From Trichosphaerium sp. ATCC 40318 (Eukaryota; Protista; Tubulinea): a stretch of 64,000 bases of DNA. The position numbers and the translations under genes are program-made. Location: assembly GCA_038496445.1 (NCBI GenBank), contig JALMLS010000228.1, positions 186,001 through 250,000 of the forward strand, read 5' to 3'. Below, piece after piece: positions 49,568-63,291 of this stretch. The notes under the pieces were generated by a model. The model was given only the letters and a program-made list of their open reading frames with translations. It was not told the origin of the DNA and did no database searches. Each line of letters starts with the position of its first letter. Within the stretch, counting starts at the first letter, position 1.

Positions 49568-51822
49568 TTATTCGTCAGCAAGCCACGGCCCAGAGAATCC
49601 GGACCACTTACTGTGTATTACGTCACACGCTTCTTTTGCTGAAGTACCTAGAACTATTTAATGCAAGAGTATTATACAAAAGGGGTTACCTCTATTTGGG
49701 TTGTAGACTGTCTTAAAGATTTCATCTGCTCTTTGTTTTAACTCTTTCAGTATCTCAGGGTGTGAAGATGCTATATCGTGATGTTCAGTTGGATCATTGA
49801 TGATGTCATAAAGACAACCGGATGTGCAGTCATGAAGCATGTTATCACCTAAACAATCACGTGAACAAAAGTAAAAAAGGAGAACGTAAAAACAAAATTA
49901 ACTTACCAACCCAACTCTTATCTTTTACTGTTGTTGCGTTAGGATAACTCATACCAGTCCAACCAGATATCCATTGAATACCTTGCAACAGCTTATAGTT
50001 ACCTAAAAGACATAAGCTGAACCTCAAGGTGATAAACTCAAGCGGAGCAGATACACTTGTTTTTTTACTTTTTTGTTTTCTAAGCTCGTACCCTTAATGA
50101 GTTGAATTGATGAAGGTTGTTGATCTCTCTGAGGGAAACTTGCAAGAGGAATCTCTGTTCTTGGAGACGTTTTGTTCTCACCAACTACCAAAGACCATAC
50201 ATCCATGCTATCAACCCCAGGAAGACCAGGGACGTCGTCTTTAGCGTCTACGCCAGCAAGGTTACATAGAGTTGCATACCAATCGCAAACGTGTATGTAT
50301 CCATCCTTTAAAAAAAGGTTAAGACAGGCTCCTTTTACACAAAACAGGAAAATACACTTGCCACTTTTGTTCCAGATGCCTTTGAAGGTATGAACCCTCC
50401 AGAAACAAATGCAATACCTCTAACGCCTCCTTCCCAATCAGAGCGTTTACCGCCTCTTAGAGGGTAGTTATTCGCGGCACCACCTTTATATGTAGGCCCA
50501 CCATTACTATAAACGTTAATTAAATGGGAACACAGTCAGTTGTGGACAAAGAAATAATTAAGATTTTAAATTCGTGTTGCATACTCTGTTGAGAATATAA
50601 TGAGGGTGTTATTCCACATGTCATTCTGTTTGAGAGTATTCGTTATATTCTTAATTGCTTCATCAACGAAACTTGACATGCCCATGTATGTTTTTCTGTT
50701 TGCATTATCTGCATTATACATATTCTTATACTTCTCAGGTACTTCAAGAGGCTCTAAAAACATAAACAAATGAGATCCAAACGAATAAGCAAACAAGGAA
50801 AAGAATGAAAGAGCTCACCGTGACAATTTTGAAAAGCCATGTACATAAACATTGGTTTTGATTTATCATGAGATGATATCAACTCTATGGCCTAGTAGAT
50901 ACAATTAACAACCACTATAGAGACAATTACATTCTGACACCTTTTTATTGTACATGTATCCAGCGTAGCCAGTGTTGTTCAAACCAATAGCAGGTAGTTT
51001 ATTCTATACATTGTTAACTTAAGAATCATCTTGAGGGTAACGACTGTGTACCTTCCACAAATCAGGGTGGCGGCCACATGGACCTGATATCGTTTCGGTG
51101 TAGTGATCTTCGGCGCCTCCAAGATAACCAAGATGCTCATCAAATCTTACAGTTCATTAATTTAACATATATTCAAAAAATAAAGTTGCTTACCCTCTGC
51201 CTATTGGAAGTCTAGAAAATGACGATAATCCGACATGCCACTTTCCAAGAGCATAACTAGTATATCCGGCTTTCTTCAACTTTGCAGGAAGAGTTGTCAT
51301 TTGAGGTGGAATCCCAGCATTTGGAATAGTATCTCCTAGGTTCTTTGCTGCTATGAGACACTTCTAATAATGCTGGTACTCGTCTTATTCGTACCTGTTC
51401 ATTGACGTGGATAGGTAATCGACCTGATAACAGAGAACTTCGAGTTGGAGAGCAATACTTAAAGGGTACACAATTACACGAAGACGTACAAAAAAACAAA
51501 AAAAAAAGAAAGTTCTAGGGATTGTTCTCCTCTTTTTCGTGTAGTGTTCTTTTTCGTACCTTGTAAACATAGAACCTATCAAGTAGTATGCCTTCTGAAG
51601 CCAACTGAGCAATATGTGGCGTTTTCATCGCTGGATTGGTTATTTGAGTGTCGTAGTGACCCAAATCATCGACAAGAAAATAAACCACGTGCGGTTTAGG
51701 CGCTATTGAAACGAACCGTTAAAGAAAAACACGTGGGAACCCAAATGAACACAAATGAAAAATAACATACCTCCATGTACTGAACAGATAAATAGCACCA
51801 GTGCGGCTACAATTATGTTCAT
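49568..51822 (-). CDS. Arylsulfatase (ARSB-like), secreted, multi-exon
   Basis: PHVVYFLVDDLG, CSPTRSSLLSGR, GKWHVG, NYPLRGGKRSDWEGGVRG, LYDIINDPTEHHD. Confidence 0.93.
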
Positions 51823-52039
51823 CTTAATACACATAGCCAGAAAAATGGTTAAATGACGTCAAATGTGGTCAAACAAGTCGAATTTCTACAGAAACCGTTG
51901 GACATCTCGTGGTTTCACGTTTACAAAACAACGTACTAACCGCTATTACATAGCAATGGAACACTGGTACGTTTTACAACGCACTAAACCTTTCATTTAA
52001 ATGTCGGATCCAGCATCCTTTAGAGCACTTTTGCTCTTT

Positions 52040-52192
52040 CAGACTAACACTTGAATATTGTCCAAGATAACAGATGAAGGTGTCACCACTCTTAAAGGTG
52101 CCCGTAGAGTCAACCTTCGGATCATATATAAGGTGACACACAGTGGTGTCAAGGCATTGAGGAGTGCAGGTGCAACAGTAGATGTACGATAA
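52040..52192 (+). pseudogene. Orphan LRR 3' fragment of the same family
   Basis: KITDEGVTTLKGARRVNL...VTHSGVKAL; frameshifted upstream, no N-terminus. Confidence 0.65.
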
Positions 52193-52410
52193 ATTTAAAA
52201 GCTAATCAATTTCAGTTTGTAAAGTCATGCCCTTGTTTGGACTCACAATAGCAATACGTGTTCATTGAAGTTTTAAATAGAGGAACTCTCAAAAGGTGGG
52301 TACCGTATAAACAGGATTAACAGTAAAGCTGTATGGTAATAATCAAAATAAAGGTTATAATTAAGTTAAAGTTTATAAAAATACAATTGTCAAGTTTTTT
52401 TTTTCCTGTA

Positions 52411-55400
52411 CTATTCTGTTTCTTCTCGATCTGATGATTTATCATTAACAGAAGGAATACCATCGCTAATATCCATAGGGTTCAAGATATTAGGAACAGA
52501 ATTGTGGCTTGTTATAGGTACATCTGATCCTTCTAAGCTGCTGGAAGAACGTTTTAATTCAAAAAAAATCCACAGAACTGTTTTCAAAGTGAAAGATTTT
52601 CAACATACGTTGTTTCTTGTGCATCACTTTTACCCTTTTCAATAGGAATGTGCTCATCCATTGACATATCTTTTATTGGCAAGTGTACCTAAATAATGTT
52701 ACAAAACCAATAATAAGAAAATTTTAAGAAACCAAGGAAAGAAAAAAAGACAAGTGTACATTTTGTTCAGTTGGAGAAATACCCAATTTAGGTTGTTCCT
52801 GTTTTTGTTTTTTTGAATCTTGTATTAATGTCAGCTCAACTTACGTAGGTTTCGAATTCAAAAATACAACGTACTTGGTGACTCCAAGGTATCTTGGCTC
52901 TTTCGCTTTCGAGACTCTGAAGAAGGACCTAAAGAAAAGTCAAAAAAAAAATAACAAGACATCAAGTTTTGATTTCATACTGCTTGGCTTGGTTGTTTCT
53001 AGTTCCATAGGCTCAATATCATGTTCCTTGTTCTCTTTAAAATCTGGAGTATCGCGTGATTCATATGAAGGACCACCAGGCTCACTAGCAGTCTTATTTC
53101 CCAATAGTGCGAAGTTAGAACCCAGAAGATTTTGCAATGCAAGAAGCGCCTCAGGAGCTGCTTTAATTACATCTTGCATAGCGCTATCTTGCTGATTCGT
53201 AACAACAGGCTCTGGCGAATCTTCTACAACAGGCTCTGGCGAAGCTTCTACTTCAGGCTTGTTTGCATCATCACGAGAAGGATCAGCGTTCAATATAGAA
53301 GGCGAAGAAGGTGGAGGCGTAGAAATAGCATAACCACCAGTTACCTCTCTTGGAGGCGAACTCAACACAGGTTGTACTTGAGTTGGCGAGTTTGGTGCTT
53401 CACTGCTAATCACGTTACTAGGAGGAGATTCCAGCTCCATATTTGAATCAACATGGTTGGTAGAATTCAATATTGTTTCGTTTTGTTCAACATCTTTTGG
53501 TGTTTCTGCCTTCTCTTCTTCAATATCTTTTGTAGTAAAAGTTTGTTCATTTGGAGTTTCAGCGCTTGGTTGTGGGTTCGCTTCTTTAACTTGATCGACT
53601 GTTTCAATCAATGCATGTTGTTCAGTACTTTCTACTTCACTGCGTCCATTGGTTACTTCTGTACTAACCTGTTCATCTGGCTGTTTTGTATCAACATGTG
53701 TTGACTCTTCAGGCTCCACTTTAGGCTCTGGTTCGGGTTCACTCAAGGCGTCATCCTTCATTGTAGGCATAGTAATTGTTTTAATCCCTAACCTGGGTTC
53801 TTGAATGCCTTCTGATTCATTCGCAGGTTGCACAGCATCAGGTTCCTTAGCGGTAACTGGCTGTTGATCAACCTCCATATCGTCAATTTTTTGTTCCTGA
53901 GGTGCAGTTGTTACATTGTTTCCATCCATTAACTTCGCATATTCCTCAAGTAGTGAATTACTTACTTCATCATCCGACGATGAACTATCGGATGATGAAG
54001 CATCATTGGCAATCCGTATACCCATCTCGTCTGAAATAGGCTCATTCAACTTCATTTGTTGGACATTAGGGTTACCAAACCCAGGGAACGCATTTCTAGA
54101 AGGAGTACTTTCGTATGTTGTTTTGGTAGTTTTCGTTTGTACTTCTCCTTCAATTGGCGGGTAAACCTCTGGTGTCATAACGACAGCACCAATACCTATG
54201 TTGTCAGCACCAATATCAGACATTTCAACATCAACTGGCGTTGCTGTAGTGACGCCAGAACTAACTTGTTCGTTTGTTTGATGTGTAATTTCACCCATAG
54301 CAACATCAGTAGTATTGAATACTTCTAACGAAGGAGGTTGGGTATGTTGCTCTTCTTTAGCATTGCCGATATCCATAGAATCAACTTGTCCAAAAGGTTT
54401 TGATGTTTTAATATTTTGCTCAGGCGCAACAATAGAGCTCTTCACCTATACCCATTGTCAGTTTACATGTGATTCTAGACAACTCATACATACCACAGGA
54501 GGTTGATTAGGATCCTTACTAAGAGGTATTTGAACTAGTTTTACCTACAGAAGAACAGTTAGGTTTTTCTTAAAAAAATCAAAATTACAAGAGACGCACT
54601 CTCGTAGGTGTCACTAGTTTAACCCCAGATGCTGTAGAAGTAGTTGTCATTGGAGACATTGGTATATCACCTTCAGAAGGTTCAACCATTGGTTTGGCGA
54701 TAGGTATGGATGCAACGTTTGCTTCAGAAGCATCAATACCAACTGCCTTTGACGACTAAAGAAAAAAAAAATATCAGATACATTCACGTGCATTCAAATA
54801 TACGTACGACAACGTCTTGGCCTGGTATTATATCATTTACATCATCTACAGAAGTAGAGCGTGCCCAAGATATATTATCATTGGAAGCCATCATCGCCTC
54901 TGTTTCTCTTGTTTAGAAAAGCATATCCAAAAAAAGCAATAAAAGTACACTTACCTTTCCATTTATTTTCCGAGGCTCGTGTTGAAACCCCTTTACTAAT
55001 ACTAGCCCTTCTTCCTTCTTTACGTATTTTTGGTGTTGTTGAAGAACGTCTTGATTTCGCCCAATTACCACGTGATCCTCGAGAAGCTAAACGAAAGATT
55101 AAAAAACCGATCAAACAGTTTACTACCTTGCTTCCAAGCATCAAGCTTTGCCTTGTATACTTTATAGTCAGGATGACCTATAAATGTCCTAGCAGGTTCT
55201 TCACTATGATGTTGAATATCCAAAAGATGCAGAAAGCTTGGTGGACTCAATAAAAGCATTGAAACGCTTTCACCGAACTGGTGAATGTACCAATCTTCTC
55301 CAGGAGTTACATCTGTCAAAAAAAAGTTAAGGTTTTTATAAACAGCAATATCCTAGTACGTACTTTTTGTATTCGTTATAAAAGCACAAATAGCACCAGT

Positions 55401-58400
55401 AGCAAGTTGACGTAGAGTCCAACTTTTATTATCAGACTTGGCAACTTGTAGTAAAACCTTTTGTAAGTTCGAAACACGTGATAAAACGCTGAAATACTTC
55501 CCTAAAAGCGAACCAAATATTAGCCTTGTAACCTTGCGCGAGAAGCTCTAAAATAGGTATACCTTTCTCATACGTTGCCACTGCTATAAATACACGACAA
55601 CAATGTCGTAGAATGTCATCAGCGTCATAAGTATTAAGTACAAGGTTTGCTAATTTAGCGATTAAGCCATTTGATACGAGCATATCAACGACTCCCGGGA
55701 TAGCCAGAGCATTCGCAATTGCAAATACTAAGTACCCATTATACTCATTACGTAGGTTATCTCTTTCGTTAAGTTGTAACAAGTCATCAAACCGCTTGTA
55801 TACATCTTCTCTCTTAAACGCATCTGTGATTACATCAAGTCTTGATGTAATCGGAGTTTGATCGTTTGCACCAAGTAGGTTTCCAAAGAATAACGGAATT
55901 TCACGTATCACTTTATAAGGTGTATCTGTAGAACAGAACCAGTTGTAGAGTTTCTCAAATAAGCCACAATTAGTCATCTTTTTGACAGCCTTTTACATAA
56001 AAAAAAAAAGAGTTAGCTTTAGATATCAATTCAACGGTTTTCTTGCGTACCTCTGGAATAGCAGCAATATTGGATAGTATTCTAATAATATAGTGTTTAT
56101 AAGGAGTATCTTTCTCAACAAGTTTGTGCAAGAGGTCAAGTTGATTAGTATCCAACATATCACATGCATGTTTACTAACACATAAACTAGCCAACAACCT
56201 TGCAGCCATACCTTGCATATCCACAGATTCCGAATTCAACAACTTGAAGAAAGTATCCAAGCCAACTAAATAAATATATAAACAAACAAAATATAATAAA
56301 TACAAGGTCAACAATGAAGAACAAAGAACAAAACAAAAAGAAAAAAAATGTCGAGAAACAAAAGAGCAAAAAATAAAGAATAACTCAGTACCCGTATCAA
56401 CAACGATATAAACTGACTTTGGTTGATTATTTATATACTCCAGCATAGCAATACAACCACCAAGTTGTATTTGAAGAACACGAGAATTTAACATACAAGA
56501 TAAAACATCAAGTACGCCATCACTATTATCTGAACTTGCCATGAAAGATAAAACTTGAAGAATATTTGCTTGATTATCAGTTATCGTCTCTTCGCCCTAT
56601 TAAACAACGTTAAAAACTACTCCTACATAAATAAATAAAAATTCATACTCTAATATCATTAAGAGAGCTATGATTGGCTATAATATCTAAAAGACCTGAG
56701 CCACGAATAGCATCATGAGCATCTTCATATCCGGATAAGGTTTGTAATACTTGAAGAGCTAATTGCCGTAATGTTTGTATATAAGCTGTAGTATAACCTA
56801 ATAATCACGCACATCAGCATAAAAGCAACAAATAACGCTTTTTAAGCTCATTCCAAACTCTAAGTTTGAAGACCTAATTCAAAACCTATCCATACCATCT
56901 TTATAATCTGGGAGTTGTATAGCATTCTTGATCACCTTAAGAACACCACTCTCCGCTATCCGCTCAACATTAGAGTCGCATATAGAGCTATGAACCAAAG
57001 CCAAGCTTGGAAGATACAAGGACGTATCACGAGAACGTAATGCGGTAACAAGACACTCTAGAGTATCCTAATAATAAAAAATGACAACAAACTCACAATT
57101 GTGTAGTGTACCTTGTTTTTAGTTCCTTTCTTGTGTGGCTTCGGTTTGATTATCAAAGCCTTTACTTTAGACCTTAGTTTACGTGCAAGTCTTAGAAGCA
57201 AGATAGTAGCAAGCTTTCTAACAGTAGAATCACGATCAGAGCCCATACTATTTATTATAGTTTGGATTTGTTTTTGTTTTCTTGCTAATACTTGACGTCC
57301 TTGCTCTACATAACAAAGGGTTAAAATACTGATTCATAAACATTCCCTACGCTATATTATAACATACCATATTGAGCTATCTTAATACAAAACTGAAGAG
57401 CGACAATACTTTGATGACGGAACTGTGATGAAGCCTAAGAAAAAGTAGATTAAACGACTTGAAGTTATCAGCTTAAAAAACAGCCACTATGCGTTTCTGT
57501 AAGCCCATAGTATTCTTCGATTTTTATTTACCTTTCTTTTCTCTTCTCTGCCTCTTTCAGGGCGCTTGAGCAATTGAATGATTAAAAGCAAAGTATCCCT
57601 AAATAATGTTAATCACAACTTTTGTTCTTTGATCAGTTTTCATGTTACCTATCCTTAATCACCTTTGATCGGACAGACGCTACGATAAATATAAGGTACT
57701 GTATTGATAGATAATAAGGAGACAAATTAAAGCGACTGGTGAAGTCAAAGAACAGAGAAAATAAGGGTTTAAAACGAACTTGTTTTCTCAAATCTCCCGT
57801 ACCATCACCGAGCAAGTGTACTAAAGCAGCAGCCGCTGGTGCTGTGAAATTAATATCACCTGCCATCAGGCTCATAAGAGAGTCGTGTGCCTTATTAGAG
57901 ATGATATGACGAGCGTTCTGAGCTAGAAAAAGCAGAATTATGATCAAGCGTTGAGGAGATTTTTAGATTTACCGCTCATTTGTGCCAGAGATTCCAAAGA
58001 ATTGATTGCCAGTATTGTGACATATCCGTCATGATGTTCTAGAAGGCTACGCAGTAATTAGAATAAAACCGTTTGTAATGTAAGAATTTTTGGAATTCAT
58101 TTTACAGCCTCTTTAGTACCCCAGAGCTCCTTCCAAACCTGGTGTTGGCGCTTTTGGTGCGTTTTCGTTTGTAATTAAGATATTGTAGAGCTTTAACACT
58201 GCAACAACCTTTGGTTCCTTCCCACTCGCGTTTTCATGTGTTCTAGAGAGCTCTTCGGCGTACATGCGCGAGTGCAACTCACTGAGAATGTTATTGTTGA
58301 TGAGAGTCCTTTGTAGGCCTATACCATTATCTTAGACAATAATTGTTCCATTTTGACGAGTTAACAAATTTTCTTTTACAAATTGGTATTAATCGCGTAC

Positions 58401-58593
58401 CAGGGTCACTTTGTACGTCCTGAATTATTTGGTTGCGTCGTGTGAGACTATTAGAGTCAAGGGCAGCTAGGCACGATCTGGAAACGTTTATCAAGCTATG
58501 TTTCCCTACATGCTGTACTTTAGGTGGTACATAGCTCTGTGCAGCAGTAAATTTTTGCGCAATCGGCCTGTAGTGAGGAAACTGTGGGTTCAT
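52411..58593 (-). CDS. Large armadillo/HEAT-repeat protein with long acidic disordered C-terminus
   Basis: Helical repeat exons (GLDTFFKLLNSESVDMQGMAARLLASL) and a ~500-aa E/P/S/T-rich exon at 52940-54445. Confidence 0.65.
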
Positions 58594-58688
58594 GACGCCC
58601 CTAGCGATTCATCAACTTTGTATAACTTTAGCAATTACATTTCAATTTTCAACATTTTTCTTTCGCAATTTATCAAACTCGCTTCAAC

Positions 58689-59084
58689 ATGGACAAACAA
58701 CAACCTAAAGCAGAAAAACTCGAATTATTAGAAGAGGACGACGAGTTTGAGGAATTTAAACAAGGTACAAAACGGCTGACAAGTATTTACTAATTACGCT
58801 CTCTCTACGTTGTTGCGTTAGTATATAAGCGATATAACACCATTTAGACTGGGAAGAGGACGAGCAAGACGAAGAAGATAAAAACTTGTGGGAAGATGAC
58901 TGGGATGACGAGGTACACTAGCAGTAGTATTAATAAAAATTTTTAAACGAATGCATACAAAAACCTAACGTATCGCTACAGGATCTCGAAGATAACTTTT
59001 CCAAACAACTCAGGTACGCATATGCAATATTTAGACTATTTTTTAACGTAAATCAATAGAGCCGAGCTCGAAAAAAACAAATAA
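58689..59084 (+). CDS. SEM1: SEM1/DSS1 (4 small exons)
   Basis: LLEEDDEFEEF, WEDDWDDE, DNFSKQLRAELEK. Confidence 0.95.
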
Positions 59085-59124
59085 GTCCTAAAAACCACAA
59101 AGAATACGGACAAAAATGTACAAT

Positions 59125-60055
59125 TTATACAGTGATACTTGTTGAATACGCGTCAAGTTTGCTTTTGATCTCATAGATTACTTTCTCTTGACTCTTAACC
59201 TCCTTATCATTCCCACGTCTAAATTACGCGTAAATAAGACAACCAAAACTAAACAAAACAAAAAAGGATGACATCTACAAAAAATCCGCGGATCAGAGAT
59301 TGAGAACAATCGTTGCGTACCTGTAGTATCTAAACAAGGGCATGGGTTCGTTATCGCTCCTTAGGTTATGTTAGAACAAAAGATAAGGCACAATGCTCAA
59401 TCCAACAAGAAAGAGGTTGTTATATGTTGTAAACAGCTCGTACATAGTCAACGCCACTCTGATCCAGGTTTCGTGATGCATCTGTTTTTCTTGTTTGATT
59501 GCATTTTTGATGTCTTGTAAGGGTATTACTTTCGTTATACCTACGCCAGGAAGCAATATGGGCACTAAAAACCGCGTTAGAAATAAGTCGTTTGTTGGAA
59601 CGAGAATCAAAGATTCAACGTGGCATTTAGTTTACCTCTAAACAATTTAAAGACGCCTGGTCGTCTGTAATACGCGGTTGCTGTTTCCTGTAGGAATGTC
59701 AGATTTTTCTATGTGGTATTTTGGCACCTTGTGGAGATCAAAAGCCCATAGTTGGTCGACAAACGCGTCTGACGTTGTAAGAAAAAATGTAATAATGCCG
59801 TAGCCACTACCAATGAGAAACCAGATTTTATACGGTAAATAGTCCTTTTTATGCATTAGAGCGTATACAAACGCATTGAAAGTACCATTAGTGTTAAACA
59901 AAATATTGTAACGCTGATTACCCAACCTGTTGGCAGTAATAGTTTCTCTGGGCTAACTAACTACGCCACAATTAGGTAGAGAAGCATTTTAAACAGCTTA
60001 CCCATGGGCGATATCTGATGACCAATCTATCACGTTCACTGCTTACTATTTCCAT
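59125..60055 (-). CDS. Small membrane protein, possibly CYBC1/EROS-like fold
   Basis: MEIVSSERDRLVIRYRPW, a hydrophobic segment, WAFDLHK, VIPLQDIKNA. The resemblance is by eye and one junction is unresolved. Confidence 0.4.
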
Positions 60056-60324
60056 AGCTTGTTCGCCTTATAACATACGCAGTTAAATGAGAAGAGATTG
60101 TAAAACGCGCTTAAAGTAAACTACAAAATGACTTATCGAGTAAACCGTAGTCGAGATGGTAGATTGACACTTGGTTGGCCGCGCAATTTCATGGGTACCT
60201 ACAAACAGGGCACGTGAATTTTAGTTTGGTTAACTTGTTGTACAAATCACATGTTTTTTTTTTGCAGAGCCTACGTTTAGAGTTTGTTTATTCTCCTCGT
60301 ATAGTGTTTCTTTCGTGCAACCTA

Positions 60325-60405
60325 GTGTTGGGAAACTTGAAGGTGAGTTTAAGAAGTGGACAAAGAACGGTTTGTTGTATGAAATTGGAGAATACAATAA
60401 TTTAA
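60325..60405 (+). pseudogene. MORN-variant repeat fragment
   Basis: GKLEGEFKKWTKNGLLYEIGEY. Confidence 0.45.
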
Positions 60406-60741
60406 GACTTCTTTTTACAATCAATCTGTGATTTCTCACTGATTGTCACGTGCAACAAAAATAGCGAATTAGAAGTGCCAAGATTAAGAAAAGTCAGTCA
60501 CTGACGATTCAATAGAACCGAACGGTAGTTATTTATTGGAAGGTAGTGTTAGATATGCGTAACGTTCCAGTTACAAAGCCCACCACTGTTAGAAAGTTAA
60601 CTGCCGAAGAAATACAATACTACCGCAATTTATGAACAGCTATCGCAAGAAAGGAACGCCCGTAAATGATTATGTTGTTATGGCTGTATTGGGCTTACAT
60701 TGACGGCCACACAACAGAATAAACTTCTTTTTTATTTCTTC

Positions 60742-61001
60742 TTACATTCTCAACGTAGAACCTTCTTTTATGCCACAGTTGGATACATTCTGGTTATCAG
60801 CTAGAATCCGACCATTGAAGACTACAGAATGAGTATTTGCTTTGTATGGGGCTAAATACAAGTTTTAGGTAGGCATTTCAATATAACTCCCTCTGTCGTA
60901 CTTCCTTTGATGGCTTTTCCCTTGACAGCGAGTATAGTATCTGTTGGTGCTACAGTGACTTTAAAAGTTTCACCAACAGGTCCCTTGATTGTTATATTCA
61001 T
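60742..61001 (-). CDS. Single-domain ubiquitin-like protein lacking C-terminal GG (one intron)
   Basis: MNITIKGPVGETFKVTVAPTDTILAVKGK...VVFNGRILADNQNVSNCGIKEGSTLRM*. Confidence 0.8.
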
Positions 61002-61217
61002 GATGCAAGTTAAACAATAGTTGGTCAAATCTTACATCTTTGTAAATTCTAGACAAAACTTTTTTGCAATTTAGTTTCACGTTGCAAAGTTGCATCAAGG
61101 ACACTTGAACTAAGCAATTTAAAACATAAATATCCTATTATTCATAGCACATTTATCATTATGACACTATGCTGGGTTGAATGCTGTGTTTATGTACAAT
61201 TTTTTTTTTTTTGGTCC

Positions 61218-63291
61218 TTATGACTCTGCCTCAACTTTAGGTACAGCAGCTTCAGTGTCTTCCTTATCCTGTTGTTCTACTTCTTGTCGTATATCTTTCA
61301 ATAAAGCCTTGAGGTTCGCTCTAGTCTCTTTACCCATTCCAACCCTCATCAATCTTCCTTTCATTTGATTTGTAAGCCTTGGGAAAAAAAATAAGTTTTA
61401 AGTGAGAACAAACAAGTGACATTCAAACAACGTGCATTTTGGGATTGAATAATCTCATTATGCAAAGAGGGTGAGAAAAATACTTACTTGTTATCAAGCA
61501 TTCTATACATGTGAAGGCCCACGTTTTTCTTATGTGCATTTGTTTCATCAGCAAGGTCCAAGTATTCATCTATTAGTTGCCATGTATCTATCTTCTTTCC
61601 AGAGAAAAAAGCTGGGTTATGTAATAATGCATCTTTTGAAAGGTCAGTATCACACAAAACAAAAATAACAACAGCGCAAAGTGCTGTGGGGTAAAGAATA
61701 AGGTGCATCTTTGTTTCAAAGAAATTTAACAATACGATGGAATACTCACCTGCACTCATGATACCATCTACACCTGTTTCAGCTATACAACGCTCAATAT
61801 CACCAAATTCTTGTATGCCGCCATTTGCAATAACAGGAATTGTAAGTGCTTCCCTGATACAAACATTAAAAAACTGACATTCCAAAAAAAAAATGTTACT
61901 TTATGCGCTTTATTATTTTCCAATTAGCTGCACCAGTGTTCGCCCTAGATACAAGAAGTTACGAAAAGAATTTTCAGAGGGAGTAAGCAAATAGAGTACC
62001 TGACATTTTCTTTAGTACGGCCATGTACAGCCAAAAGCTACATGATTAAAGTCAGTGCAAATAGTACAATGTAAGAAATTTTTTTTTATACCTGAGCACC
62101 AGCCTCTTCAATGCCCTTTGCAAGTGCTATTGTATCATCATCATTTTTTAGAATACGTATTTTAGCAAAAACTGGTATTTTTAATCCATCTGCAAGTGTT
62201 TTAACTACAGTAACAATAAGCGAACCGAGTTTTAACAAAGAAGTAATTGCGAAAGTTCTCCATTGATTTTTAGCAAAATCACAAAACGAAGAGGCCATAG
62301 ACCAACTCGCTTGTATTCCAGAAATTGGGATATAGCTAATTAGCATACACCCACGAGACTTGGATTGTAGTTTTCAAATAGCAACGAGTGTTGATCCGGG
62401 TGGACGTCACTTCATTCACTTACTACCCCAAGCGCAAAGACATGAGTATTGTATTGAATTGTAGTATTTAAACAAGTGCATATTAACAAATAAAAAATTA
62501 TGGTACATAGAACATAGCAAAGCGAAAGACAATCAAGCAAATTCATTGAAACTGAACTGTTATTTTTTTCATAAATTTCGCAGATTTACTTGACTTGTAA
62601 AAAACACGTGCCTATATGAAAAACCTTTTCGGGTGTCTCTAGTAAGAAAGCACCATATCCACCTTTTCTTGCACATCGTTGTGGACAACCAAGGTTTATA
62701 TCTATAGCGTCACATTGATCTTCAATTATTCTCGCTGCATCCAGTAGTATTGACGCGTCTGTTCCATTAAATTGAGCTACGAGTGGTCTGTTTATCGAAA
62801 AATAGTGTAAGCCATGGAGCTAATTGCGTGTTAATAATTTTTGGGACCTGTCATCCGGAGAAGGGTCAAAATGCTTTTGTCTATATGTAGGATCCTTTCT
62901 GAAGTTAAAACTATGCGTTGGATAAGTTTCGGTGGAGAAATTGATGCAAAGTCTTTTTGAATGCGTACGCATGCATCATTGGCGTATATGTGAGCTCTGC
63001 ACCATATCTAAAAGCGTATTATATTTATTTACAGAAAGAATTGTGTTTTTCTTGTATAATTCTTCGAGCGTATAGTATGCGCGTCGTACCTCCTTGTAAG
63101 CAAACGGAATGCCAATTCGGACCCATCTACCTATAAAAAGCTGTAAAATCGCTAATATACGTCTGATTATTACCATAGGTGCCACCATTAGGCGAGGAGC
63201 TCCTAATTTTTCAAATGTAGCGTAAGCTGTTGTTTCTACAAGTACATTAGCGAAATGTACCAACAGGCACTCTTGTACTTTTTTGCTCCAT
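61218..63291 (-). CDS. DUS1: tRNA-dihydrouridine synthase 1-like
   Basis: VAPMVDGSELAFR, DRPLVAQF, IDINLGCPQ, YGAFL, PVFAKIR, AVHGRT, IPVIANGGI. Confidence 0.93.
62287..62441 (-). ncRNA. U4: U4 spliceosomal snRNA nested in DUS1 intron 62205-62611
   Basis: 5' GUCUUUGCGCUUGGGG (U6 stem II arm), UUGCUAUUUGAAAACU (stem I arm), Sm site AAUUUCUGG, flanking stem-loops, ~155 nt. Confidence 0.9.
62498..62505 (-). promoter_or_regulatory. DUSE/PSE-like snRNA upstream element
   Basis: TACCATAA about 57-64 nt upstream of U4, one mismatch from the Dictyostelium DUSE consensus WCCCAYAA and at the expected distance. Confidence 0.5.

Noticed and set aside
59860-59935. Alpha-1,2-fucosyltransferase (RLGNQ motif)
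   Set aside because: No HxRxGD motif, and the rest looks like a small membrane protein.
857-62346. Numerous short antisense or alternative-frame ORFs in the track
   Set aside because: They overlap identified exons or introns and carry no independent coding signal.
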